Part shown: piece after piece, positions 39,999 to 52,358 of the stretch | Layout: each line of letters opens with the position of its first letter | How positions within the stretch are numbered: the stretch's first letter is position 1 | Source of the DNA: Elsinoe ampelina | Taxonomy: Eukaryota | DNA length: 64,000 bases | Assembly (NCBI GenBank): GCA_010093995.1 | Contig: ML992506.1 | Coordinates: forward strand, 368,832-432,831 | Direction: 5' to 3' | The notes under the pieces: model-generated | The model's database searches: none | The model's input: the letters and a program-made list of their open reading frames with translations, nothing else | What the model was told of the DNA's origin: nothing | Position numbers and translations under genes: made by a program

Positions 39999-41265
39999 CT
40001 ATTTATGAGCAGCATTGGAATCATCCTCGAACGGCCTTCTCTCTTCTCTCATCGCCGCGTGGAGGTCAGCTGCTCCTCTCGCAGAGTCGAACAAGGGAGA
40101 CTCGTCATTCAAGAATGGCATCTGAGAAGGAGGCAGCTGAGCTCGAGCGCTGAGCACAATGTTTGTAAAGTTGGCATTGTCTGCCGCTTCTCCCAGTAGC
40201 ACAATGTCTGTGAGAGGCTGTTTCCTAGCCCAGAATCGAAAGTAGGAGTGCATCCACTCGCTGAGCAGATTCCAGTACGCTGTCTCGCCACCAGCATAGC
40301 TTGACCTAGAGTCGAGACCCATACCAGGACCCATCAGCCAATCGCCAAGCTCCCCGGCTTCCGTCGATGGGTCATCTTGAGCTTCAGTCAACTTCTGATG
40401 CATGGTATGGAGATATATGTCCGAGAAATACAATGTCAGGACATTTCGAGGTTGCCTTGTGCATGTAGTATTTGGCTCTCGTGACGTGCAGAAGCCGAGA
40501 CGGTATCTAGCGAATGCCGCGGTAGCTAGGCACAGTCAGCGCAATCCACATGATCACTCAAGTCAAACTCACACTCGTCCTGTAATGCAGAATAATCGAG
40601 CGAGGCTGGAATGTTTAGCCCGGAATGTTGCATTGCATCGTGCAAGTCTATTCGCGAGAGATTGGCCAGACGAGGCCAGGTCGGTATTGCCTCTGTTATA
40701 CGATGACCAAGATGGGCTTCGACTTTCTTCCGAAGCATGGTAAGCATGCCAGATAAGACTGCTATGTCGGAGGTCGGAGCAAGACCCAACATGTGACGCA
40801 GCACTTGTCGAGCTTCTCCGAGCTTTGATTCCATCATCGTACGAGCGGAGCATGGACTGACTGTGAGCTTCTCGTCTTCGGTGATCTGTGAGTTGTGTGT
40901 CGATTTTGTTACGAGGCGTTCGTAGAGGTCCCGATACTCCTGGTTGCCGTGAACGAATGCGACATCTTTGTAGCTGCCATCTTCAAGGGCAAGCGAAGCA
41001 GTCCTGCGACGGTCAGACTGATATTTCTGCTTGTCATTCCCAGATGATCTCACCCGTAAGTCAAAGAGAGGTCCAAGCCAATTCCAACGACCTTCGGAAT
41101 GTCGCGCGAGTCTGGAGCATATGCACCTCGAACGCTACCGACTGAGAAGAGTGTTTGCCCGCTGTAGTCTTGCTTGTATACTGGAGATGCGGTGACTTGA
41201 CAAAAGAGACTACAAGAAACGCTCAGCAAAGCCGCCAATGTCATTGACTTGTTTAGAGAGAACAT
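39999..41265 (-). CDS. putative secreted protein with degenerate Hsp70/actin-like fold motifs
   Basis: Signal peptide; GIGLDLSLTYGTAS; MLRKKVEAHLGHRITEAI; IVLLGEAA..F; PLFDSARGAA. Introns at 41004-41053 and ~40527-40573. Confidence 0.7.
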
Positions 41266-42228
41266 TGTGGAGTAGGCCTCACTCGAGCAACAAGGTACAA
41301 GTCGGTATAATGACTTCAGAAGACAATCGTCAGATTTCAGACATCAAACAGAATGGAAAAGTCGAGCACCCTTTTGAGGTTGTTCAACATATTTGATGCA
41401 AGGTCGAGCCTTCCTATGATACCAGCCTCTGCATCCAAAAAGCACCCACCTCGATTGTCGCGGCTTCTATACATACGTATTTGGAGGACCTGAACCATGT
41501 TTGATTGATGCTGCGCCTGATGGTTGCCAGTCAAATTGGATGAAGGTTGAAGATTAGGGAGGAAAGGCTGTCAGGCCATGCTTGGTTGGCAAGTTACAGG
41601 TTTTGTTGGTTTCCACTTTTGGACTCAATTTCTGGCCGTGCTTTTGCCCGAGTAAAGAACCGTCAGAAAGTAATCTCATGCTGTCTGATTGTATTATGAG
41701 AGCGACCAGAATGCAGCCGTCTTGCATGTGATTGTCAAGATTAATGGATTCTCGAGACTGGGAAAATTCTTGACGGTCTTGTTGGGCCATTGACGGATGC
41801 GCTAGGTGCCTGTGCAGCGTGAAGAACTACTGTACACACCTAGCTCACGACTTTGATTATGAATCATCGGCCTTTGCTCAGAGTTATTCGAAGTGCTCTC
41901 GATAGCAATGCCGCCTGCATTGTTCCGCTGGTGACAGAGACAACGAAGCACGAGGACGATTAAAACGCACGTGACTTGATCGGGGAGGACCGGGGAGGAA
42001 GTGTGGGGATGTGGATGAACCCCAAACCCCACATGCAGGTGCCTCGACCAAAAGTGTTCACTTTCAGCTACTGTGAGCTACCCCGACTCCAGCTCCAGGA
42101 CGGTGGAATGGTTTCGCACCACATGGCCAATGAGCGGGGTGCTTATCCGCCATGAGTACATCAATATGAAGCACCAGCGACTGAGCTGATCTTCGCTCCT
42201 TTCAACTCACTCCTACAACACCTTCGCC

Positions 42229-43967
42229 ATGGCGACCATCAGCGCCATAGTGTCGTCGTTGTCTGGGAATATCCCAGCACTCGTTGGCCTTGTGGTAGCA
42301 ACGAGTGTTCTATCGCTGGTCGGCTTTTACTTGTACAACACTCCGTCAACATGGAAGGTAGGTCTTGGACATCTGATGGTGATATGACTGGCAGCAAAGA
42401 GCTGACATGTCGCAGGACTCGCGCAGAAAGCATCTCCCGCCTGGACCCGGAGGTCTTCCTTTCGTCGGCAACCTCTTCGAAATGGGAGACGCTGAGAACT
42501 TCCATGAAAAGGCAGTCGAATGGGGCAAGTTTGGTGACTTGACCTACACTAAGATGGGCGGTACCGATTATGTCTGGTTGAATACACCAAAGGCTGTCAA
42601 GGACATCATGGACAAGAGATCGTCCATCTATTCGTCAAGACCACCCGCGCCACTTGCTTCAGATGTAGCCAGTGCTGGTAAGCGACAACTCTTCTTGCCA
42701 TATGGACCACACTGGAGAGGCCTTCGCAAGTCGGGACATGTACTTTTGAATCTCAACGCAGCGGTCAAGTATCAGCCCATCCAGGATTTTGAGTCCAAGC
42801 AACTCATGGTAGACCTTCTCGACTCTCCAGAAGATTTCTATGATCACAATCGGCGGTACAGCTCTTCCTTGATCTTCCAGACGACCTATGGTTACAGAAT
42901 AAAGTCGTTCGACGATCCGCGATTCAAGCAGATCTATGCCGTCCTCAACACCTTCACTCAGATGTCTGCACCAGGTGCATATGCTGTGGACAGTTTCCCA
43001 TCTCTTGCCGCTCTCCCACAACGATTCTTCAGTAATTGGCGGACATTTGGCAAGCAATGCTTTGAGCAGCACAGCAAAGTCTACCTCGACTTGTGGTTAG
43101 ATCTGAAGAAACAAGTCCAAGCGGGAACGGCCAAGGAATGCTTCTGCAAGGACTACGCCTTGAGTGGCCTCGAGAAACAGGGGATCGATGATCTGCAGGC
43201 AGCTTACATGTGTGGTGGAATGCTCGAGGCTGGATCTGAGACGACATCAAGTACACTCAACAACTTCACCTACCTCATGACCCAAAATCCTCATGCCGTC
43301 AAGGCTGCCCAAGAAGAACTCGACAGAGTGGTTGGACCTGACAGGTTGCCAGTATGGGAGGATGAACCAAAGTTGCCATACATTCGTGGTCTCATCAAAG
43401 AGGTGATGCGCCATAGACCACCAAACAAGTTTGGCATTGGTCACTCTTCCAGCGAGGATGACTGGTATGAGGGCTATTTCATTCCCAAGGGAACCGTCGT
43501 CATGATCAATTGGTGGTAAGTGTTGTTGATCTCGACTTTCTGTCACCCAGCTAACATCCCGCAGGGCCATACACAGAAACCCTGAGCGATTCGAGGAGCC
43601 GATGAAGTTCGAGCCTGCTCGCTACCTCAACCACAAATTGTCCGCAGCGGAGTACGCCAACGCGAATGACCCATATGAGCGAGATCATTTCTCATACGGT
43701 TCTGGTCGACGAATTTGTCAAGGCATCCATCTAGCTGAAAAGTCCCTGTTCATCAACATTGCTCGTCAACTCTGGGGCTTCAACATCTCAAAAGCGCATA
43801 GCTCTGATGGCAACGAGATTGAGCCACACAATGCCTATGTCCCAGGTTGGATGTGCGTGCCAGAACCTTTCAAGGTATCCATCACGCCGAGATCCAAGAA
43901 ACATGAAGCAATCATGAGAAAGGTTCATGCCGAGGCTGAGAAGCAGGGAGTAGAAATTAAAGCATAA
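42229..43967 (+). CDS. cytochrome P450 (CYP64/OrdA-like group by impression)
   Basis: TM anchor, LPPGP, AGSETT, EVMR, PARY and YGSGRRICQG. Introns at 42358-42415 and 43516-43564. Confidence 0.94.
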
Positions 43968-44978
43968 TGTGGTGAACAGTACCTGTATCGATAATTTCTT
44001 GAACAAGTCCAACTTCTGCGCCTCTAACTACTTGCCCCTCGGGATGCCTCGATACCCCACTGGGATGATCTCCCAAGTCATGACTTGCATATTCACACCG
44101 CAGGTTGCATGCATACCCGCAGTGAGGCAGTGCTCGATCCGTCCTACCCACACAGGATGTGCTGCCGGGAGGAAGATGCTGCAATAATGCGTCCATGAGA
44201 TGCTGATGGTGAACAGCCCTGGCAAGAAGATTGATCATTCATGACTTGATTGATCTGATCATGCAGTATACAAGTTTTTGCACTTGAACGAATGTGAGAC
44301 AGGGCGTCCGTGTCGGAGGAAAAGTGTACTCACCCAATTAGGAAACAGGATTTCCTGTACCGAAGCAGAGCCGCCTTGGCGAGATTCATTTTCTGCCGGA
44401 ACCTGTCTGTGCCCGTCCAGCCCGATCCCGAACCTGAACGTTTTTTACGCGACCAGATGTGACGGTGACGCCGCCCACGCCTCGCTGCAATCGATTTGAC
44501 GCTTTGGCCTCCGGTCTTTCCTGTCCCCTCCTGCAGTCCTGCGACTTTTCGGTGGTTGGATTCGTCTCCCACCCTCCAGCGTAGCGGTCCAAGCGTCATC
44601 CACGCACTTTCCAGCCGTCGCTCGCTGCACATCCCACTTCCTCCACTTCCTTACCCAGACCATACACGGTATACAAGAGAGCGTTCACTCCGCGATTTTG
44701 GTCGCACGTCGACTCCTCTCCAGGCCATCTCTACGGCCAGCGCTTTGTCGCTGTGTCAGGCCTTTGCGCTTTTCCACCCTTTTTTCATTACACACTCTGG
44801 ACTCGACTTTTGCTCAATAGATCACGATACCCAAGGAAGACAATCACGTTCAACTTTTCGATTCATAAAAACAGCCAACAATTAATCTCACCCAGTCCTC
44901 GGACGGAACGAACAAGTACGATCGGCTTCTACCGATTCTCACCCACAGACGGCCGCCGCAGACCGCCTGTACCCAGGC

Positions 44979-46522
44979 ATGGTAGTCAAGGAAGATGGGA
45001 CAAAATGGGCATGCCAATCATGCCTCAAGGGACATCGTGTGAGCGGTTGTACCCATACTGGTTTGTCATGTGATCTTTCATGTCCCAAACAAATCTGACA
45101 TGTCCAGATCGGCCCCTCCAATTCGTACCAAAGAAAGGAAGACCCGTCACGCAGTGTCAACATTGTCGTGTTGAGAGGAAGAAGAGGTCTGCTCACGTCA
45201 AATGCGATTGTGGAGAAAAGTCACACGCTGCAAAGGAGAAATGTGTACACCTCAGGGATTCTGATGCCCAAGACTCGGTCAAGAAAGAACTTGGACCTGT
45301 ACCGGAAAGTGACGAGTCGGACGAGCACACATGTTGTTGTCACCATGGCGAAAAGTGTACATGCTCCTCGATCAAGAAAGATTCAAAGGACGAACACCAT
45401 GCACCTCACTCGGCCAAAGGGAAGCCTAATCTGACAACAACTCGCTCCGAGGGACATCTGACGGTCTTCGCCAACGGACATCACAAGCCTTGCCACAGGA
45501 ATAATCACAGTGCCCACGATGCAAATGCTCCATACAGAGTCCACAAGCCTCATCCACATCCAGCTCACGGTCTACACGCTGCTGGACGTCGTTCTGTCGA
45601 CAGTCTCTCATCCGTCGAAAAGTCGAGCAAGTTCTCTATCAACCAGATTCAACAGATGGCTACAACGTCACAACCCGTCACTCAACCACAGACGACGTCT
45701 AACTTTACCGCTGAACCACAGAGCTATGCCGCATTCACCATTCCTGCAGACAATAGTACCGCCGCGGACGATTTCTTTGGCAGCGTGCCTTCATCGAGTG
45801 GATTTCAACAACCTCAAATGTCTGCCGATCTGACCAATGACATGGGCTGGGCTGGACTTGACTGGAGTGCCTTTACTGCTAATGACAAGGCACAGCCAGC
45901 TCTCACCTATGCTTCATCGAACACCATCTCAGAACTTGGCGAACACACACCCCCAGATGAGTTTGGCACCATGTTCGGTAGTGGCAATAACATCCCCAGC
46001 AATCTTGGCGAAGCACCAGCTCAGCTTACTCGCATCCCCGAGGCTCAGCCTTCTTTCGAGCCACAAGTCCAGCGTCTACCCGACAACTCCCAAAACCGAT
46101 GGAGCCTACCACCGTCATTCTGGGCGGACAACAACAACTTTGTCAATCTCGGTCAACAATCAAATGTTGGGAGCAGTGCTATGGACATCTCCAAGGTTGA
46201 TCAGAACGGTGGTACGAAGGACTTTGCCTTCAATGACTGGGCCAACTCATACGTTCCACCAACCACATCTGTCCAGTCTTTCGACATGAAAAACTCAACC
46301 ACCTGGAGTCCTGACTTGACCAACCAACAGAGCTTCGACTTTGGTTCAATGCCAGGTTCCGCTGATGTGAACATGAACAATTTCGACTTTGGTCAAGATT
46401 CCACCAACGCCACCTTCCGTCAAACTCCTGAAGATCCATTCTTCGGTCTCGAATCAGCAGAACCGCTCGACTTTAACCAGGACTTTTCACAAAATGACCT
46501 CCGCGAGAATTGGCCAAGCTAA
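44979..46522 (+). CDS. copper-fist transcription factor (Ace1/AceA/Haa1-like)
   Basis: KWACQSCLKGHRVSGCTHT|DRPL..KKGRPVTQCQHC copper fist across an intron at 45061-45107, plus CCCHHGEKCTC and TVFANGHHKP. Confidence 0.92.
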
Positions 46523-47137
46523 CAGCTCCGGGCGGGTAGAGACCCGTCGCCGAGCTAGCATCCCTCGCCAAATCTGCTATACACCTATACACGCCTCGTT
46601 GGCTGTCGCCCTTTTCTTCTGTCTCGCTGCGCGAGCTTTGACGTCTCAGTGTGCTGCATCGCTCTTGGGAATGCTTGATTCGCTGCGCATCCGGACATAG
46701 TGTACATAGATCACAGTCGAATTCTCAGATCATCACAAAGTAGATCCTCCAATCTCCTCTACAACGATTGACGTCAGATTCGATGACCTGTCTCCGACCA
46801 GGGTCTTTTGTAAGCCCTCAGATCGATGTGAGCGACTTGTGCGGTTTTCGAGGGAGATTGCCCAAAACGGCTTGGCGTGTTTTGTCCCGAAGGTCGACCT
46901 CCAGGCTCTCCGCAGAAACGACGCACCTTTTTCAAGCACAAGTCGCGCACACATCTGCTGGCTTCTATTGACATGTGGCGACCTTTGATAAGAACGTTCA
47001 GGCAAGTTCTGCTTGGTTCAGCTCTCTCCTACACATTTGTCAACGCGATATTCCTGCACTTGCTTTCTGAAACTTCACCACACTGACATTTAGACACTGA
47101 ACTGGTCATCCAAACGTTTCGCTTCATTTCAACCGCC

Positions 47138-50100
47138 ATGTCTGCAAGGGCCACAGGAACAACACATGATCATAGGCGTACTACCTTCCTAATATCCAAT
47201 CTCCACTGCCCATCATGTATTTCGAGTATCGACCTCGCTCTGGCTCAGCTCTCACCCCGCCCAGCACTAGTGTCACACTCGATCATCAACCATACACTTA
47301 CTATCGAGCATCGACTACCACTCGACATGATCAGCCAAATCCTGGTTGACAATGGCTACGAAATTGATTCCTTGGCTTCGGATGAAGATGGGATACTTCG
47401 ATCGTTCTCCGAATGTGAGACGATAGCCTCCAAATCAGATACGCAAATGGACCAGACAGCGAGACTTCGTCACCAGGCAAATTGCAAGCAATGTCAATTG
47501 GAGATGCACAACATGGGAGATGACCGATCGCTTGCCGAGTCTCCATTAGTTGTCGTCGATTCACTGGACACGACGGAACTTGTACAGGCTACCATTTCCA
47601 TTGACGGCATGACATGTGCTTCATGCGTAGGGCATGTAGATAGGACCTTGAAGGAGAAACCTTGGATCAACAGCGTCGACATCAACTTACTGTCTGGCTC
47701 TGCAAAGGTAGTCCTGCATGGACGTCATCACCTTGATGAACTGATATCTGCCATCGAAGACGTCGGCTTCGACGCAGCAATTCAGGAGTCACAGAGCATT
47801 CGACATGGTCTTCCAAGAGAGGGCGCGACTTGTTCTGGCGGGGACGATGGCTCGACTAGAAGAAAAGTGGACATACACATTCTTGGCATCTACTGCCAGC
47901 ATTGCCCACCCAAGATCCAGCCCGTTCTCGAACCCTTCGTAACAGAATTTGGCCTCACCATTGAGCGCATGCCTACGGTCGAAAGCCCCATCTTACGCAT
48001 CACATATATCGCTCAGCCTCCTGTCTTCACCCTTCGCCGCATACTCGCAGCTATCACCTCCGCGGATCCAAACTTCAGCGCTACCATTGTTCGCCCAACG
48101 AGCATCGAAGAAAGAGCACGCATCATGCACGCCCGTGAGCAGCGAAACCTTCTGCGTCGGCTCATACTCTCTGGTATCGCAGTCATCCCCACCTTCATCA
48201 TCGGCATCGTCTTTATGAACTTGGTGGACGAGAATCAGCCTGGAAGAATGTACTTGATGGAGAAGCTGGTAGGAGTCTCGCGTGCCGAGTGGGCATTATT
48301 CATTCTCGCTACACCAGTATACTTCTTCGCCGCCGACATGTTCCACCGACGATCTATCAAGGAACTGCGAGTACTCTGGCAACCTCGAAGTCAAGTGCCA
48401 ATCTGGAAACGTTTCGTCCGGTTCGGGAGCATGAACACTTTGATCTCCTTTGGCACATCCATTGCCTACTTTTCGTCAATTGCGGAGCTCTCGGTGGCTG
48501 CGTCTCACAGTAAAGATCAGAACGCGGAAGTCACTACCTACTCGTACTTTGACAGTGCCGTCTTCCTCACTTTCTTTCTGCTCATTGGACGATTGATCGA
48601 GGCATATAGCAAGACCAAAGCTGGGGACGCTGTTGCTGCTCTCGGCAAGCTGCGTCCGGACGAGGCAGTGCTGGTCACTGATTCCGAGAACGGAACCACT
48701 GTCAACGTCGACCTGCTGGATGTAGGTGATCTGGTCAGAGTAACTCACGGCGGATCACCCCCTTGTGACGGTATTGTCACCACTGGCACGAGCACATTCA
48801 ACGAGTCGAGCCTGACAGGAGAGTCACGACCTGTCTCAAAAGCAATCGACGACCCAGTCTACTCCGGCACAGTCAACACAGGCAGCCCTGTGACGATCAA
48901 AATCACAGGAGCTGCAGGTACATCAATGCTGGACCAAATCATCGGCGCAGTAAGGGACGGTCAGACCAAACGAGCACCAGTCGAGCGTGTCGTCGACAGC
49001 TTGACCGCCTACTTCGTCCCTGCCGTCACACTTGTAGCCATCACTACCTGGATCGTCTGGCTGAGTCTCGGCTTGAGTGGAATGCTGCCAGAGTCCTATC
49101 GGGATAATCCGACTGGAGGCTGGCCCTTCTGGTCTCTGCAATTCGCCATCGCCGTCTTTGTCATCGCTTGTCCTTGCGGTATCGGACTGGCCGCTCCCAC
49201 TGCGCTTTTCGTCGGAGGAGGTCTGGCTGCTAAGCATGGCATCCTTGTCAAAGGCGGCGGCGAAGCTTTCCAAGAAGCGAGTCGTCTCGACTGCGTTGTG
49301 TTTGACAAGACCGGCACTCTCACTATGGGTGGTGAGCCTCGTGTCGTCGACTTTGAGCTCATCCCTGGCGTAGTGGAGGAGTCTCTGCTTCTATCCGCCA
49401 TCCTGGCCATCGAGTCATCAACCACACACCCAATAGCCAAAGCTCTCGTCACGCTCTGCCGCGACCGAGCCGCAGAGCCCATCAGTCTCCAAGAGGTTGA
49501 AGAAATCCCCGGCCACGGCATGCGAGGCATCACCACCTCCTCCCCTCCCCTCGAGGTCCTCATCGGCAACGAATCCCTCCTCACCACGCACTCCATCCCT
49601 CTCTCCCCCTCCCACCGCTCCCTCCTCACAACCTGGTCCACAGCCGCCAAATCCCTCGTCCTCATCGCCGTCCGCCACCCCTCCCACCCCTACTCCCTCG
49701 CCGCACTAGCCTCCACCTCCGACCCCCTCCGCCCCGAAGCCCCCTCGGTCATCTCCGCCCTCCACGCCCTCAACATCACCACCTACCTGCTCACAGGGGA
49801 CAACCCCCTCACCGCCCACGCCGTCGCTGCCTCCCTCTCCATCCCCCCCGCCAACGTCATCGCCGCCGTCCTCCCCACGCAAAAAGCCGCCCACATCCGG
49901 GCCCTCCAACGCTCTCTCGCCCCCGCGGGTCGGCGCGCAGTGATCGCCATGGTAGGCGACGGAGTCAACGACGCCCCTTCGCTCGCGGCGGCGGACGTGG
50001 GCATCGCGATCGGCTCCGGGAGCGACGTGGCGATTTCCGCGGCGCATTTTGTCTTGTTGCGGAGTGACCTGGGGGCTTTGCTGACGTTGGTGCGGTTGAG

Positions 50101-50329
50101 CAGGAAGGTGTTTGACAGGGTGAGGTGGAATTTCGGGTGGGCTTTGGTTTATAACCTGTGCGCGTTGCCGGTCGCGGCGGGGGTGTTGTTCCCCGTGGTG
50201 CTGGGCGGGAGCCATGTGAGGTTGGATCCGGCGTGGGCGGCGGCGGCCATGGCGGGGAGTTCGGTGAGTGTGGTGGGGAGTAGTCTTTTGTTGAGGACGG
50301 GGTGGTGGGGGGTGGGGTCTAGGGGGTGA
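47138..50329 (+). CDS. P1B-type copper-exporting ATPase (CrpA/Crp1-type)
   Basis: HMA motifs LHCPSC, GMTCASC and IYCQHC; TGES, CPC, DKTGT, HP, TGDN and GDGVND; YN and MxxSS in the last TM helices. Confidence 0.95.
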   Translation: MSARATGTTHDHRRTTFLISNLHCPSCISSIDLALAQLSPRPALVSHSIINHTLTIEHRLPLDMISQILVDNGYEIDSLASDEDGILRSFSECETIASKSDTQMDQTARLRHQANCKQCQLEMHNMGDDRSLAESPLVVVDSLDTTELVQATISIDGMTCASCVGHVDRTLKEKPWINSVDINLLSGSAKVVLHGRHHLDELISAIEDVGFDAAIQESQSIRHGLPREGATCSGGDDGSTRRKVDIHILGIYCQHCPPKIQPVLEPFVTEFGLTIERMPTVESPILRITYIAQPPVFTLRRILAAITSADPNFSATIVRPTSIEERARIMHAREQRNLLRRLILSGIAVIPTFIIGIVFMNLVDENQPGRMYLMEKLVGVSRAEWALFILATPVYFFAADMFHRRSIKELRVLWQPRSQVPIWKRFVRFGSMNTLISFGTSIAYFSSIAELSVAASHSKDQNAEVTTYSYFDSAVFLTFFLLIGRLIEAYSKTKAGDAVAALGKLRPDEAVLVTDSENGTTVNVDLLDVGDLVRVTHGGSPPCDGIVTTGTSTFNESSLTGESRPVSKAIDDPVYSGTVNTGSPVTIKITGAAGTSMLDQIIGAVRDGQTKRAPVERVVDSLTAYFVPAVTLVAITTWIVWLSLGLSGMLPESYRDNPTGGWPFWSLQFAIAVFVIACPCGIGLAAPTALFVGGGLAAKHGILVKGGGEAFQEASRLDCVVFDKTGTLTMGGEPRVVDFELIPGVVEESLLLSAILAIESSTTHPIAKALVTLCRDRAAEPISLQEVEEIPGHGMRGITTSSPPLEVLIGNESLLTTHSIPLSPSHRSLLTTWSTAAKSLVLIAVRHPSHPYSLAALASTSDPLRPEAPSVISALHALNITTYLLTGDNPLTAHAVAASLSIPPANVIAAVLPTQKAAHIRALQRSLAPAGRRAVIAMVGDGVNDAPSLAAADVGIAIGSGSDVAISAAHFVLLRSDLGALLTLVRLSRKVFDRVRWNFGWALVYNLCALPVAAGVLFPVVLGGSHVRLDPAWAAAAMAGSSVSVVGSSLLLRTGWWGVGSRG

Positions 50330-50749
50330 TGGGCGGGGATGCGGGGTGGGGATGGGGGAGGATGCTGATGAGGTTCAATGCTGGAGTCTAGAGAGAGCGA
50401 GATGCGACGGATTTAATAAGACACGTGAATGAACTTGCAAGTTGACCTGAACTCAGAGGCAGAACGAAGGAAAGCAGATTGTGCGACCTCATGATAACTC
50501 AAGTCACCGTTCTATCGACATGTCGGCGAAGGCAGGGAAGGTGAGGCGGGGACGGAATTCATCAAGTTCCATGGTCAAATCTAGGCAACCATGATATCCC
50601 AAGCCTCGCACCATTGAAGCACCGATCGAGTTGAGCAGGCGAGCGATAAGCAGCCATGCCACAATTGAATCGGTGCCTAACAGCCTCATATCTAGACCGG
50701 ACTGTTCGCTTCATGCTCTCGCGCGCTCAGTCCAAGTCCGACTCGCTCG

Positions 50750-51506
50750 ATGACAATGTATACAATCGCACCAGTGACCTATGCAGACGCTCCGGGGCTC
50801 GCAGAGGCCATGATGAGCGCCATGAACCAGGATCACCACTACGGTCTGTTACGCGCCAACGGTACCACCGACGAACTCATAGCAGAGTCGACCCTGCGTC
50901 TGCCGCACAATCTGCGCGAGAACCGGAGCTCGTTAAGACATCAGAAGGTCGTCCACACAATCACAGGGGAGATCGTGGGCTACGCTCGCTGGGAACTCCC
51001 CGAGCAGTATCGATCGGACGACATCTGGGCAGAGACTCAGCTCCCTGCCGCGACGGAAGCACAACAAGAGGGTTTCAAGCGGGATCTTGATGGGACACAA
51101 CCAGGGGGAGCTAGGAAGCTGTTTAATTATGACATGGCGAACTACCTGGGTCCAAGACTGGGCAAGCCATATAATGAGCTTGTGAAGAAGGGGGATCCTT
51201 ATCTTGGTGAGTGGATGTTTTCGAACAGAAGTTCTTCGATCCTGCTGACTTGGACGAGTCCTGGATTACATGGTTTGCCACCCAGCGCATCAAAGAAAGG
51301 GCATTGCTTCAATGCTGCTCGAGAGTGGTGAAGTCGAAGCTCGAAAGCTGGGTCTGAAGCTCTTTGTCATGACTTCTACGGATCCGGCAGGCAAGATATT
51401 TTATGAGAGCAGTGGGTTCAGGAATCTTCAGACGGTGACATTGGATGACTCGAAGTGGGGTGGCAAGACGCCACACGTGACATCTTATTTGGAGAAGGAG
51501 GTCTGA
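50750..51506 (+). CDS. GNAT N-acetyltransferase
   Basis: GEIVGYARW and VLDYMVCHPAHQRKGIAS motif A across an intron at 51207-51258, plus FYESSGF. Confidence 0.88.
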
Positions 51507-52358
51507 AAGAGATCCGGCAGCGCTCTGTTGAATACGAAAGGCCAGGTCGAGGATGATGGGCGATATAATGCCATGCTGGACAGATCTCGTGAGGAAGTTT
51601 TCTTCAAGCCCATCCATTTTTCACGACGCTGTCGCACCTTCCTCGTCCGCTACATCCAAGCGACTCACACCTCGTTTTTTTTACGCGTGTACTTCGTGAC
51701 TATTCTTCCTTTTTACGTGACAAATATCATAATCTAAATTGTTTCATTATGTACACTGAAGCTGACGTCGCTACCGCCCTAGACGGCTATCGACACGAGC
51801 GATTTATCTCTCTAAACGCTGCTGCCGACGCGTTTAAAATCCTACGTGCTACACTTCGATATCGATACTACAGCCGACAATTACGACATATATATAACGA
51901 AGGACGTTAATTACTATCTCCGGCCGAAGAACAGACACTTGTAGCCTACGTCCTTTAGCTCGATAGCCTTAGAACACCTATAACGCCTTACTTCATCCGT
52001 AAGCTTGTTTATAAGATAGTTCAACGTCGAACATGTTAAATAGACTACCAACTTCCCCTGTCTCTATCGCGGCCGATTAGTCGAATATAGATACGACGAC
52101 TATATAAATGTCATCCGTAGATTAAGATAGCTTAGTTACGGCAGCTAGAGTCTTCACGCTATAAAGCTAGAACGTACGAGGCTATTACACCGTTCTTCGA
52201 CGCGTTATCCGACTTATTCGAATAACACAACTATCTACCTTTAGACGTCTATAACCTCGACGAGGTAGGCGCTAGTGTCGGTTTAATATAATCGACATAG
52301 GTAGTCGTTAGTACCGAAAACAACCAACGCTAGAAGAAGGTTAGAAAACGCGTCGTTA

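Noticed and set aside
46523..47137. Ace1-type copper-response elements upstream of the ATPase
   Set aside because: Only one loose TNNNGCTG core was seen, no better than chance.
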